Below are positions 9,127 to 19,656 of a stretch of 64,000 nucleotides of DNA, piece after piece. Source of the DNA: a virus; IMG/VR virus record IMGVR_UViG_3300045988_095445, one strand, 5' to 3'. The position numbers were made by a program, and so were the translations under genes. Below the pieces are notes generated by a model. It did no database searches. It was not told where the DNA came from and saw nothing but the letters and a program-made list of their open reading frames with translations. Every line of letters begins with the position of its first letter. Position 1 is the first letter of the stretch.

Positions 9127-11493
9127 TTAAATCTTGGCTACTGAAATAATCTTATCATTATTTTTTATCATTATATTTCCCATAGAAATTCTTGATAGCT
9201 TGGGAAAATCTTTTACACTAACGACAATAGAACTCTTATTACCAGAAATTAAAATATCATTATCATCAGACACCAATTCTGCTCCGACAACTGTTCCTTT
9301 GTAACATGATACTCCTTTGCCACCGCGGTTTTGTTTATTAAACTCTTTTAGCTCAATTTTCTTTCCAAGACCATCTTCTGAAATAATAGCAAGGTAATCT
9401 GCATTATTGCTTATTGGTAATGCAGCGATAATACTATCATCATCGGATATATTCATTCCTTTTACTCCTTGCGCGGTTCTAGAAGAAATTGGCATTTCCG
9501 CAGTATTAAATCTTATAGTCATTCCATTTTTAGTAACAAGTATCATTTCCTCTTGATTTATAAAAGTTACTGCGGCGAGTTCATCACCATCTTTTAACTT
9601 AATTGATACAATTCCAGTTCTCTTCATTGCGTCATATTCTTCCAGAGGAACTTTTTTGACTATTCCTTTTTTAGTAGCAAAGAATATAAACTTCTTATTT
9701 GTATCTCTTGTTAAAGTAGTATATGCCATAGGAGTTTCATTATCTTCAAAAGTAATCAAAGTAGATAAGGGTACGCCGATAGAATTGTTATTTCCTTCTG
9801 GAATATTATCCACGAGCAGTCTATACATCTTTCCTTTTGATGAAAATATCATCAAAGTATCTTGTGTATTTGTAGCAGAAGAAAATGCTATAATGTCATT
9901 AATTTTCATTCCAGTAGTATTTCTTTTTTGAGGTTTAAAGGCTTTTTTCGCAATTCTTTTTACTGTGCCTTTACTAGAAATAATAACAACGCAATCTTCT
10001 GGCTCTATAACTACTTGTTCTTTCTCTTGTTTAGGGATTTCTGTATTAATAAGTTTTGTGCGGCGAGCATCTCCATATGTATCTTTAAGTTCGGTAATAA
10101 GTTTAATTAACTTATTATTCCTTACTTCTTTATTATTTAACACCTCATTACACTTAGCTATAAATTCTATTTTTTCGTTTAGCTCGTCAACTAACTCTTG
10201 TTTATCAATGCGAGTTAATTTGCCAAGTTTCATATCTAAAATAGCTTTAGCTTGAATATCATCTACATCTAAGAAAGCAATTAGTTCTTTCTTTGCTTCA
10301 TTAGTGTTATTTGCACTTTTAATAATTTTGATAACTTCATCAATCTTATCAACAGCAGCGATCAATCCCTCAAGAATATGTTTGCGGGCCTCAGCTTTTT
10401 CCTTATCAAACTGAGTTGCTTTAATTAATACATCTTCCTGATGGCTGACATAAATCTGTAATAAATCTATCATTGAGCAAAGTCTAGGAGTTCCATTTAC
10501 AATATAATTCATATTATAAGAAATAGAAGATTGTAAGTCAGTTAATACAAATAATTGATTTAATGCTTTAGATACAGAAACACCATCTTTTACATAAAAT
10601 ACAAGCCTATTATTACCGATATTTGATTCATCATCAAAATCTTCAATAATCTCACTTAATGTTTCAATATTCTTCTCTATTTGCTCTTTTATTTTATTTC
10701 GATAGGTTCTATAAGGAATACTTGTAAAGATAATTTTTTGCCCATCAATCTCATAGTCGCCTTGAATTTTCAAAGAGATTGTGGATTTTCCCGTTTTAAA
10801 CGCGCTCTTTACATCCTTGATATTTAGAACAGTTCCGCCAAGAGGGAAATCTGGGCCAGGAATATAGGTTAGTAATTCATCAATAGTGAGCGAGCCTTTT
10901 TGAATTAGAGCAATTGCTGCATTACATACTTCTGTTAAATTATGTGGAGCGCTATTATGGGCCATGGAAATACCAATGGCTTGTCTTCCATTGCAAATAG
11001 CATTTGGAAAAAGGGCTGGTAAAATCACTGGCTCCATAAATTCTCCATTATACGTTTCTTTAATTGGAACTACATTTTTCTTGTAATCATTCATCATTAT
11101 ATCAGCAAATAGTGAAGGTTTTGCCTCTGTATAACGAGAAGAAGAAAACATATCATTATTTTCTTGAGTTCCTAATTGTCCTTGTCCTGTAATAAGAGGA
11201 TAACGCATTAAAAATGGTTGCGCCATCTTTCGAAGAACACCATAGCAAGCAATATCGCCATGAAAGTAAGAGGTGGCTAGAGTAGAACCAACAATAGCAT
11301 TACACTTTTTGGTCTTACTCTTATTATTCATCTTTAAATAATCTTCCATAGTCCAAATGATTTTTCTTTGCGCGCTTAACAGCCCATCCTCCGCCGCAGG
11401 AATGGCTCTATCAGTTAAAACCTCTTCTGCATATGTTAAGAATGTGTTTTTTGCTTCATCAAGAATATCTACTTCTGTAATTAAACTACTCAT
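9127..11493 (-). CDS. Type IIA DNA topoisomerase A subunit (GyrA/ParC/T4 gp52-like).
   Basis: YFHGDIACYGVLRKMAQPFLMRYPLITGQGQLGTQ matches the GyrA active-site region; 788 aa with no in-frame stop. Confidence 0.8.
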   Translation of the reverse strand: MSSLITEVDILDEAKNTFLTYAEEVLTDRAIPAAEDGLLSAQRKIIWTMEDYLKMNNKSKTKKCNAIVGSTLATSYFHGDIACYGVLRKMAQPFLMRYPLITGQGQLGTQENNDMFSSSRYTEAKPSLFADIMMNDYKKNVVPIKETYNGEFMEPVILPALFPNAICNGRQAIGISMAHNSAPHNLTEVCNAAIALIQKGSLTIDELLTYIPGPDFPLGGTVLNIKDVKSAFKTGKSTISLKIQGDYEIDGQKIIFTSIPYRTYRNKIKEQIEKNIETLSEIIEDFDDESNIGNNRLVFYVKDGVSVSKALNQLFVLTDLQSSISYNMNYIVNGTPRLCSMIDLLQIYVSHQEDVLIKATQFDKEKAEARKHILEGLIAAVDKIDEVIKIIKSANNTNEAKKELIAFLDVDDIQAKAILDMKLGKLTRIDKQELVDELNEKIEFIAKCNEVLNNKEVRNNKLIKLITELKDTYGDARRTKLINTEIPKQEKEQVVIEPEDCVVIISSKGTVKRIAKKAFKPQKRNTTGMKINDIIAFSSATNTQDTLMIFSSKGKMYRLLVDNIPEGNNNSIGVPLSTLITFEDNETPMAYTTLTRDTNKKFIFFATKKGIVKKVPLEEYDAMKRTGIVSIKLKDGDELAAVTFINQEEMILVTKNGMTIRFNTAEMPISSRTAQGVKGMNISDDDSIIAALPISNNADYLAIISEDGLGKKIELKEFNKQNRGGKGVSCYKGTVVGAELVSDDNDILISGNKSSIVVSVKDFPKLSRISMGNIMIKNNDKIISVAKI

Positions 11494-11505
11494 TTATACA
11501 CTTCC

Positions 11506-13395
11506 TCATTCAAAATTAAATCCTAATTCTTCTGCATTATCATAGATATATTGCTTGCGGGGTTCAACTGCGCTTCCCATCAAAATTTCGAGCAATTCTG
11601 TGGTAGCTTTGGCATCACTAATAGTAATGCGTTTATATCTTTCATTCATAAAACATACTTTTTGCAGATCCTCTGGATTTAATTCTCCCAATCCCTTAGC
11701 TCTAAGTAAATCATAACTGCCGCTATGATTCTTTTTCCACTCTTCAAGTTCATTGTCACTATAACAGTAATACTCTTTTCCTTTTTGTCGAATAATATAT
11801 AATGGAGTTACAGCTCTATATAACTTACCAGCTTCAATAAGAGGACGCATATATGTATAGAAGAAAGTAATAAGCATTAATTCAATATCTGCACCATCAC
11901 TATCTGCATCGGCCGTGATTACAACTTTATCAACGGTCAATTTACTAATATCAAAATCTTTACCAAAACCTCCACCAAGGATCCTAATAATATCAGACAT
12001 TTCTTGGTTAGAAAGCAGCTTATCAATAGCAGTCTTTAATGGGCTGATAATCTTTCCTCGCAACATATAAATGCAATCAGTTTTAGGATTTCGTGCTTCT
12101 ACTGCGGAAGCTCCTGCTGATAGTCCCTCAACAAGCAAGAGATTACGATCTTTAGGACTACGATTTCCGCAATCAATAAACTTATTACTAAGTTTCATTT
12201 TTGCCTTTAATCCGGTTTCTTTCTTTGTCTTTATTCCTCTTGCTGCCTCTCTTGCTTTACGAGCTGCCTCTCTTGCTTTTCTAGCATTTAATGCTTTATC
12301 CGCGATACTTTTAATTTCTTTTTCATTTGTTGTGAACCAATATTGCAGCTCTTCTGCTATTGCTTGTGTAAAAGGTTTCATATCTAGTTTTGTGACACGA
12401 GATTTTACTTGAGCATCATATCCAATATTTGGTGCTGTAATATTAAAAACAAGATACATTCCTTCTTGGCAATCATCTCCAGAGAGATTTTCATCCTTAT
12501 CTTTTAGCCACCCTTTTTCTCGGAAGAATTTATTAAATTCTCTTGTTAAAAGGGTTTTAATTTGCGTAATATGCGGACCTGCTTCTGTTAAACCAGTATT
12601 TACATATGGAACAATCGTAGAAGAGTAGTTATTTGTGTAAGTTAGAGCTAAATCCAACTTATTTTTACCTTCGGAAAAATTAATTGAGAAACGATTTTTC
12701 AGAATCTCTTTTCCCTTAACGCCTTCATCTAACAAATCCATAAGACCATTCTTAGAGAAGAACTCTGTCTTTTTTCCATTATCATCTAGTTTGATAGTTA
12801 GCCCCGGACAAAGACATACAATAGTTTTAAATAAGGAGTTTAATGCTTTTGCGTCTGGCTTTGGATCAGTAAAAAACTCTTCACTTGCAATCCAGAAAAC
12901 AGAAGTTCCATGAACATTTTTATCAACCTTACAAGAATCTCTAGATTCAAAAATGCCCTCTTTGAATCTTACTTGTTCTCCTTCTCCATCTCTATATGTC
13001 CACACAGTTAATTCATGACTAAGATAAGTTGCAAGTTTGCTACCAATACCAAAACTACCAAGAGAAGTTCCCTCATAAGTTCCATCTTCTCTATATTTAC
13101 CACTGGTATTTAATACACTAAATGCGGCTTCCAAAATTGTTTTCCCATCTTCTCTAAAAGAATTAGGAATAAATCCTTGACCATGATCGCTGACAGACAC
13201 TCTGGCACCATTAATTTGTACGTCTATTTCATTACCGTGACCCAATCTAAATTCATCTACCGAGTTTGATACAATCTCTACTACTAATTGAGTAGAAGTT
13301 GATGTATCTCCGCAATATACCCCAGGTCTTAAACGAGTAAATTCTAGAGGACTTAATGACTCAATACTTTTTTCATTATATAACTTATCTGACAT
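11506..13395 (-). CDS. Type IIA DNA topoisomerase B subunit (GyrB-like ATPase + Toprim).
   Basis: GHK ATPase N-terminus; Toprim LLLVEGLSAGAS and DADSDG motifs; 629 aa. Confidence 0.8.
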   Translation of the reverse strand: MSDKLYNEKSIESLSPLEFTRLRPGVYCGDTSTSTQLVVEIVSNSVDEFRLGHGNEIDVQINGARVSVSDHGQGFIPNSFREDGKTILEAAFSVLNTSGKYREDGTYEGTSLGSFGIGSKLATYLSHELTVWTYRDGEGEQVRFKEGIFESRDSCKVDKNVHGTSVFWIASEEFFTDPKPDAKALNSLFKTIVCLCPGLTIKLDDNGKKTEFFSKNGLMDLLDEGVKGKEILKNRFSINFSEGKNKLDLALTYTNNYSSTIVPYVNTGLTEAGPHITQIKTLLTREFNKFFREKGWLKDKDENLSGDDCQEGMYLVFNITAPNIGYDAQVKSRVTKLDMKPFTQAIAEELQYWFTTNEKEIKSIADKALNARKAREAARKAREAARGIKTKKETGLKAKMKLSNKFIDCGNRSPKDRNLLLVEGLSAGASAVEARNPKTDCIYMLRGKIISPLKTAIDKLLSNQEMSDIIRILGGGFGKDFDISKLTVDKVVITADADSDGADIELMLITFFYTYMRPLIEAGKLYRAVTPLYIIRQKGKEYYCYSDNELEEWKKNHSGSYDLLRAKGLGELNPEDLQKVCFMNERYKRITISDAKATTELLEILMGSAVEPRKQYIYDNAEELGFNFE

Positions 13396-13860
13396 TTATT
13401 CACCATACTCTCTTAAAATTTCTTCTGAGGTCATTCTTCCAGTAGCTAATGCATCAGCTAGTTCATTATAAAGCTCTCCGTCATGACCTTTGATTTTTCT
13501 TAAATCAATTCTATAGTCTTTGCTTAACATATCATAGGTCTTAATTAAATCAAGATTTTCTAGCTTTTTACCTCCAGCTCTTGTCCAACCATTAGCTTTC
13601 CATCCTTTAATCCATGAAGTAAAACTATTTACACAATAAGCGGAATCGCTATAAACAATAGGGGCAAAGAAATCTCCATCTTTAGCTCCATAGTTTTCAA
13701 GAGCATAAATTATAGCAGACATTTCCATCCTATTATTAGTAGTTTTAGGTTCACGCTCTGCATAAGCAGCTATAACGATACCATTATCATCAACTACTAT
13801 AACCCCAAAACCTCCTGGGCCGGGATTTCCTAAGCAAGAACCATCAGTATATATAGTCAT
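13396..13860 (-). CDS. rnhA: Ribonuclease H.
   Basis: MTIYTDGSCLGNPGPGG...SDSAYCVNS...HDGELYNELAD is the RNase HI catalytic signature. Confidence 0.8.
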   Translation of the reverse strand: MTIYTDGSCLGNPGPGGFGVIVVDDNGIVIAAYAEREPKTTNNRMEMSAIIYALENYGAKDGDFFAPIVYSDSAYCVNSFTSWIKGWKANGWTRAGGKKLENLDLIKTYDMLSKDYRIDLRKIKGHDGELYNELADALATGRMTSEEILREYGE

Positions 13861-13986
13861 AAATACAAATGCTCCTTTATTTTTATTCTTTTTATTTTCT
13901 TAATATATAATATCATATATTTTAAGAAAAATCAAACTACAAACAAATAAAGGCTTAATGAGTATTTAACTCATTAAGCCTTTATA

Positions 13987-14322
13987 TTAAATAGGACCAT
14001 CGAGATCAATGGGAATATCATTAGAGGCTGAAAAATCTTCTGCGGGGATGTTATATGCAGAATTGAATTCAGTTTCTTTTAAAGCTAGGTCATAAGTAAT
14101 GCCGCCCTTTTTGTGATCTGATTTAGCCATTGCTAAATAAAAAGAACAAACTACTCCGTGGGCGCTCCATGGTAGACCAACAAGAGCACTAATCCATGGA
14201 AGGGTTCCTAAATATCCCATATAAACACACATAAATGCCAAAAGGATACCTGACACAGTCACGACCCATAATAACATACGAATATCATTTATAAGTTTTT
14301 TGGAAAATTCTAATTTTTTCAT
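13987..14322 (-). CDS. Membrane protein, putative holin.
   Basis: 111 aa with 2-3 predicted transmembrane segments, directly downstream of the endolysin; ATGA overlap with the upstream stop. Confidence 0.35.
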   Translation of the reverse strand: MKKLEFSKKLINDIRMLLWVVTVSGILLAFMCVYMGYLGTLPWISALVGLPWSAHGVVCSFYLAMAKSDHKKGGITYDLALKETEFNSAYNIPAEDFSASNDIPIDLDGPI

Positions 14323-15197
14323 TTTAAACCCAGCTTTTCAGCCAATCTTCTTAACATAGTTACAGTTTCTAATCTAGTGCAGAATTTATTTGGCATCATT
14401 CTTCCAGCACTGTCTCCAGCCATAATCCCATTCGCTTTAGCCCATTCAAGATTATCGGTGCCCCAAGTTTCTTTTTCATTAGCTTTATTAGTAAGCCAAG
14501 TATTCATAAGTTCAGCGAATTTCTCGTCAGTCATATCTTCATCATCCTCCTAGATATTTGACATTAAATTATAAACATCTGTTCTTGCGGTTTCTATGCT
14601 TTTCCCAAATTTTGGAAACCAATGGTTTACATCTGCATGATTAGATCCTAATCCTAGCTTGTGACTATCAGCATGACATAAAATAGTCGGAACGGTGATA
14701 CCATTTAAAGTAGTGGTTCCCAATGGATTTATGTTATACATTTTACATAAATAAGCAGTAATTTGACAAGCCTCTTCATAAATTTTGTTAAAATAATTTG
14801 CATCATTTAATCCATCTTCGCAAATTTCAAACTGAATCCATCCATTATTACAAGAACCTTTAGACCCAGAACCGCATCCCCAAGGACGATAATTCCATGG
14901 CATTGTCTATACTGTTGTTACTGTTCCATCAGCCAATTTACCAATCCAACAGTTTAATCCAGCTTGAACAGATATATGATTCCAGTCATTCTTGCTAGTA
15001 TTTTTTCCTAATTTATTTATTAAACTGGTGTAGTTAGGATCATTATCGCTTGGCTATACATATCTTTTTAAATTAGGATTATTTGCACCAGTACTATGCC
15101 ATAAGATTCCTTTAACTTGCATGGTGCGTGTTTGTTTATAGCAAGTGCTATTTGTCATCATACATTGAAGTGGTTTATTGCTATCGCTATATTTCAT
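14319..15197 (-). CDS. Endolysin: N-acetylmuramoyl-L-alanine amidase (amidase_2/PGRP-like) fused through an in-frame TAG to a C-terminal SLH-like cell-wall-binding domain.
   Basis: QVKGILWHSTGANNPN amidase_2 start; ...ILCHADSHKLGLGSNHADVNHWFPKFG. TAG at 14907-14909 and at 14550-14552. The C-terminus WAKANGIMAGDSAGRMMPNKFCTRLETVTMLRRL matches the SLH consensus. The ATG at 15195-15197 has a GGAGG RBS. As I read the bases, the frame is locally discontinuous between 15055 and 15125, consistent with one missing and one extra base. Confidence 0.5.
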
Positions 15198-15280
15198 TTT
15201 ATTACCTCCTTCAATTACATTTGAAATGTTAGCAAATTTATTATAATACTATTGACCATAATTAGCTCTCTTTTGTTGCA

Positions 15281-15318
15281 TAGAAAAACTCTAGTCTGAA
15301 GGTCTTTCAAACTAGAGT
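15281..15318 (-). terminator. Rho-independent terminator (actctagt...actagagt, then a T-run on the minus strand).
   Basis: 8 bp inverted repeat followed by TTTTTCTATGC on the minus strand. Confidence 0.45.
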
Positions 15319-15730
15319 AATACTGCGGTAGAGGCTTCTGTGACAGAAGTGGCAGAAATCAAAATTTTAACTAAACTAGAAAAACTTGTAATTAACTCCT
15401 AATATAAAAAATCTAATTGAGTATTTAAATCTCCAATGGATTTACCTCGACTTTGACAGAACTAAAGCAAATTTTGTTTTCTGCTCCAAAATGTCCATTG
15501 AGCCAATCCATATCCCGCCCCATCTTTTACAAAGTTTTTATACCTTCCATCATCAACTGCAGAGGTATATCCTGCGTCGGTCATTTTTAATTTTTTTTCA
15601 TAGGTGTTCTATAAGTTAATAGAATTAAGACCACTTTCGGCATAAAGATTACCCATTAAACCGGCAATTCCGCAATCACTAAAACCTTTGCCTTTAAAGT
15701 ATTTCCAAATAATTTGAGCATTAGTCATTT

Positions 15731-16585
15731 TTATTTTTTTGTAATGAAAGAGCTATATCCAGCAGATTTTAATTTATCTTTTAGTCTTTCTGCATTTAAT
15801 TTCACAGAGAAAGCACCTAATTGAACTTTATAAAAAATTCCTACTTTCTTGACATACCCGCTAAATCCTTTCTCTTCCAATTCCTTTAACATATTCTCTG
15901 CATTGGTTTTAGATAGAAATGCTCCTACTTGAACTCTGTAAAGAACTACCTCTTGTTCTTTCTTAAGATATACACACATTACATTATCAACTGGTCTTGC
16001 ATAAATTTGAGAAGTTTTTCTTTTCCCATCTATTAGTAATCTAGTAGATCCGCCTCCATCTAAATTAATAGCATATTCTACTTTCAATTCAAGAAAAATT
16101 TGCTATAGGGCAGCATAAACAAGACTTGGAGAATCTACGGTTACAATATAATAATTATTTTTATTCCATCCAATACAAGTCCTGCGGGCTTTATAATCTA
16201 ATTCTTTTCCATCTGTTATAACTACTTTTTTGCTATCTACAATTAATGCAGGATAAGCTGCGATAAAATCTCTAGCGGTTTCATAATCTTTTAATGTTGT
16301 ATATATAAGTGTTTTATTGCCGCTAATTGCAACTCCATGACGAAAATCAGACTAAATAACAGTTCCTTCGTCTTTATAACTAAAGCAAGTGTTGCCATTA
16401 TTCATGGCAAAGAAACCTCCATTAGTAATAATATCTGGTTTAGTAGCCTGTCTTTTATAATAAGCATCTGGAGTTTCCGTCGGTTGATTGCATAAGGCAA
16501 AGTCAATTTTTTCAATGTCTGTGAAGGGAATTGTTACAATTTGAACATAAGGATAGAGACTATGTTTTTTGATACTATATCCCAT
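15731..16585 (-). CDS. Cell-wall-associated phosphodiester glycosidase-domain protein with two C-terminal SPOR domains. Read through in-frame TAGs at 16352-16354 and 16103-16105.
   Basis: Track ORFs 16352..16585 and 15731..16087 share a frame; the linking segment translates cleanly. The hallmark is AINLDGGGSTRL. Two SPOR-like repeats (YRVQVGAFLSKTNAENMLKEL... and YKVQLGAFSVKLNAERL). AGGAG RBS before the ATG at 16585. Confidence 0.55.
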
Positions 16586-16638
16586 ACTTTATCTCCTTTC
16601 AATAATAAAACCCAATCTCTAAAGAGATTGGGTTTAAA

Positions 16639-17895
16639 TCAAATATATTCAGCTATTTGCGCGATTCTAGATCTATAAATATTACGGAGTTCTACTTCAC
16701 CGTATATATCTTGTCCTCTATAAACTTTAGAAACTCGTTTCATTCCATTGTTTATGCCAGCAAAATGAATATCATCAACTTGAGTTTTTTCATCGCCGTC
16801 AATGATACAAATGCAATCCTCTCCAATTCTTTGAAGAGCCAACTTAATAAGTGTACGATCTAAATTCTGAGCTTCAGAAATGTATATACCTGCTCTTGAA
16901 CCATTGGTATCATATCCTCTAATATCCGACATTGGTAGTAAAATTAATTTTTCTTCGCTCATAAGATGTTCTACTCCCGTTCTACCGCTGAATTTAGATA
17001 TTAAGAGATTGCCGATTTGAGAGTCTAATAGTTTTTCATCTCTTGTTCCAGGTAGAAATCCTAATCTTGCACTATTGGCTGTGGCAACGGTATTGCAAAA
17101 TACAATAATATGATCAAGTTCGCCTTTTTCTAGCTTAGACATTAAATAGGCTAAGCTAATAAATGTTTTACCAGATCCCGCAGGCCCTTTAATCAAGGTA
17201 ATTTTATTATTAGATAAGCTATCAAAAAGTAATTTTTGGTAAATATCATTTTGATATGGCTTTACTTTTCCAAACCAATTTGAATTAAAGTCATTATAAT
17301 TTAGATATCTATGGTCGTTTCCAGTCCATACTCTCAAATCTACCACTTTATCATCCATATCTCTTATAATGAGATATTCTCCAACATGAAGATTAAAATG
17401 ATTCAGCTCTGGTTTTTGATAAAATTCTGTAAGATTCTCATCACTAGCAGAAATTTCTTTATATCCACTATAATTATCAGTTTCTTCTGGAATACTTTCT
17501 ATCATGTCAGACCCGAAGAATAGATTTGCAATATGCTTTAGGCTTAAATCATTTGTTACAAAGATGACTTCATCCACTCTTTTATTATTATTATACCAAA
17601 TTGCATCAGACAGTATCCTTGTATCATCCGTTACGTCAAGACACATTTCTTTAATATAGTCTTCAAAATCTGTTTGATGGATTACTACTTCATACATATC
17701 AGGGTGCGTTTCAAATAAATGTAGCAATAATCTAGCTGAATATTTTATATCTGAATCTTTATTGTTAGCGGTTTTAATTCTTTCCAATTCCTGAAAAGTA
17801 ATTGATGATACAATAAATTTTTCATCATTATTGAATAAGCCTTCTCCGCATATCAATAGTGAACAAGTATCATAGAACCGAATATCTTTATTCAT
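16639..17895 (-). CDS. phoH: PhoH-like ATPase (PIN + PhoH domains).
   Basis: GPAGSGKTF Walker A; 418 aa; N-terminal PIN-like region. Confidence 0.7.
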   Translation of the reverse strand: MNKDIRFYDTCSLLICGEGLFNNDEKFIVSSITFQELERIKTANNKDSDIKYSARLLLHLFETHPDMYEVVIHQTDFEDYIKEMCLDVTDDTRILSDAIWYNNNKRVDEVIFVTNDLSLKHIANLFFGSDMIESIPEETDNYSGYKEISASDENLTEFYQKPELNHFNLHVGEYLIIRDMDDKVVDLRVWTGNDHRYLNYNDFNSNWFGKVKPYQNDIYQKLLFDSLSNNKITLIKGPAGSGKTFISLAYLMSKLEKGELDHIIVFCNTVATANSARLGFLPGTRDEKLLDSQIGNLLISKFSGRTGVEHLMSEEKLILLPMSDIRGYDTNGSRAGIYISEAQNLDRTLIKLALQRIGEDCICIIDGDEKTQVDDIHFAGINNGMKRVSKVYRGQDIYGEVELRNIYRSRIAQIAEYI

Positions 17896-18163
17896 AATTT
17901 TCCTCTTCCTCTTCTGATGTAGTAGTAGTAAATCCTATAACTTTTACACTCTTATTTATAGAGTTATTTAATTTATCTATTTTAGCATTACACTCTACTA
18001 TTTTTATACTTAATCTCGCTTTTAAGAGTTCTACAAAGACAGAAATAAGCTCTTTCAAGTCCAAAATGATTGGAATACCCAACGATCCAATAAGAATACC
18101 TATAAGTAAATATAACAAAATGTACCACCTTCTTCTTTATATATAACAAAAAAAGAAGGAGAT

Positions 18164-18625
18164 TTAATTATTATTGCCCTGACGAAATTTTCTAACTATC
18201 GAGAGCGCCTTAGTTTGATTTTTAATGTAAGTTTTTAAGTTAGTTTCTTCTGTTTTTAATGCTTTTTCAAGTGCGGAAATTCGAGCTGAGCAGCGTCCAA
18301 TTGCATAATAAAAGTTTCCAGTAGGGTCAACTTCCGCAGGACTTAATCGCTCATATTTTGTTGCCTCTTGATAATAGTCATATCTATATTGTAATTCTTT
18401 GCGAGTTTTTTTCATTTCATATTGCATAGCATTTATTCTTGCTTTTGATAAAGCGATAGTTTTACCTACCTTTTCAGAAAAAAAATCTTTATCGCTTTCC
18501 GCTAACTTGGCTCGTCCGCTAAAGATTTTTCCATTATAATTAATTCCAACAATACATATGCCAGATTTTTCATTAACTAGCTATGTAATTGTTGGAGCTT
18601 TATATATAGCACTAATAACACTCAT
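18164..18625 (-). CDS. Hypothetical protein with one in-frame TAG (18581-18583).
   Basis: ATG at 18623-18625 with a GGAGA RBS; MSVISAIYKAPTIT*LVNEKSG... continues into track ORF 18164..18427 in the same frame. Confidence 0.4.
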
Positions 18626-18706
18626 TATTGTTTTCTCCTAATCTTTTAAATCTTTATATTAAAATTATATCATTTATTTATAGAAAAATCCAATTTTAAG
18701 GATTTT

Positions 18707-18758
18707 GAAAGAAAAATTTGGTGAGCCTGCGCGAACGGAAACTCGGAGCAAAACGAGG
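18707..18758. promoter_or_regulatory. Conserved about 52 nt GC-rich element, copy 1.
   Basis: GAAAGAAAAATTTGGTGAGCCTGCGCGAACGGAAACTCGGAGCAAAACGAGG, near-identical to 43648-43699. Both copies lie just downstream of a minus-strand terminator hairpin. Confidence 0.5.
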
Positions 18759-18766
18759 CTAGTGGC

Positions 18767-18795
18767 AAAAGAAAACCCTCCAGGTTAAAAACCTG
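18767..18795 (-). terminator. Rho-independent terminator (ccctccagg...cctggaggg).
   Basis: 9 bp perfect stem followed by TTTTCTTTT on the minus strand. Confidence 0.55.
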
Positions 18796-19092
18796 GAGGG
18801 TTAAAATTAAGGGGTAATCAGAATAGAAGAATCTGTTCCTGTCATAGTAGAAGGCATCTGGCCATTCCACTGTTCATACTTAATCTTTTCAATCAACTCG
18901 GGAGTAAGAGAAGCAGCGATTTTGGAGTTAGCTTCTGCTTCCGCCTGGGCAGCAATCTCAAGAGCATCAGCCTCAGCCTGCGCCTTAATCAAAGCCTGCT
19001 CAACCTGAATTTCAGCATCTTCCTAAATGTGAAATTTAGCAAGAACCATATTGCAACAAGAGCAAGTACAACTAAAATCCAGAAAATAGGAT

Positions 19093-19656
19093 TCATAGCA
19101 TCTCGATACACTCCTTTACCTTCAAGTTCATATCTTCAATGACCTTATCCAAAGATACTGGATAACAGTCATGAGAATCAACTCCTACATGATACATATA
19201 AGGTCTATCTTCAAAGAAATTAGTCTGCTGATGCGTATGACCATATAGATTAATGATCATCTGCTTGAGACTTTCTTTCTCAAGATTTCCAGTCAAAGTG
19301 GGGAAATGAGACATATAGAAATGATATTTCCTGTACTTAAGAGCAATAGCCCAAGCAGTTTCTACCACATTAGGAAGCTCGGCGTACATTTTCTTACGGC
19401 TATCCGTACAGTGGTTTCCAAAAGCAATGTGGAGTTTTCCATTCATAGAGGAAATAAACTCCTTGTTTCTCTCAAGACTATCTGTTCCACCGAGACAGAG
19501 ATCTCCAAGAACATATACATCATCTTCTGGAGTGACAATAGAGTTATGCCTCTCAACAAGAGCAATATTCATCTCTTCAACGGAGTTGAATCCACGAGGC
19601 TTATAGACAAACTCACGGTCATGTGAGAAGTGCCAATCCGAGGTTACGAAAATCAT
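19093..19656 (-). CDS. Metallophosphoesterase (calcineurin-like).
   Basis: FVTSDWHFSHD, GDLCLGG and GNHC motifs; 187 aa. Confidence 0.55.
   Translation of the reverse strand: MIFVTSDWHFSHDREFVYKPRGFNSVEEMNIALVERHNSIVTPEDDVYVLGDLCLGGTDSLERNKEFISSMNGKLHIAFGNHCTDSRKKMYAELPNVVETAWAIALKYRKYHFYMSHFPTLTGNLEKESLKQMIINLYGHTHQQTNFFEDRPYMYHVGVDSHDCYPVSLDKVIEDMNLKVKECIEML

Noticed and set aside
9656-10255. Three plus-strand ORFs (82-96 aa) inside the topoisomerase A gene.
   Set aside because: They are antisense artefacts of a well-supported 788 aa minus-strand gene.
14550-14552. TAG at 14550 taken as the genuine stop of the amidase gene, giving two separate genes.
   Set aside because: It is not rejected outright, because the SLH ORF has its own RBS and ATG. 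Given genome-wide TAG read-through and the same frame, a fusion is at least as likely. It is reported as a conditional-fusion hypothesis.
18807-19094. Small membrane protein with an HflC/prohibitin-like Ala/Glu-rich C-terminus (track ORF 18807..18992 plus an upstream transmembrane segment in another frame).
   Set aside because: It is too short for an SPFH domain. The two parts are in different frames with a TAG between them. It is not called beyond 'hypothetical'.
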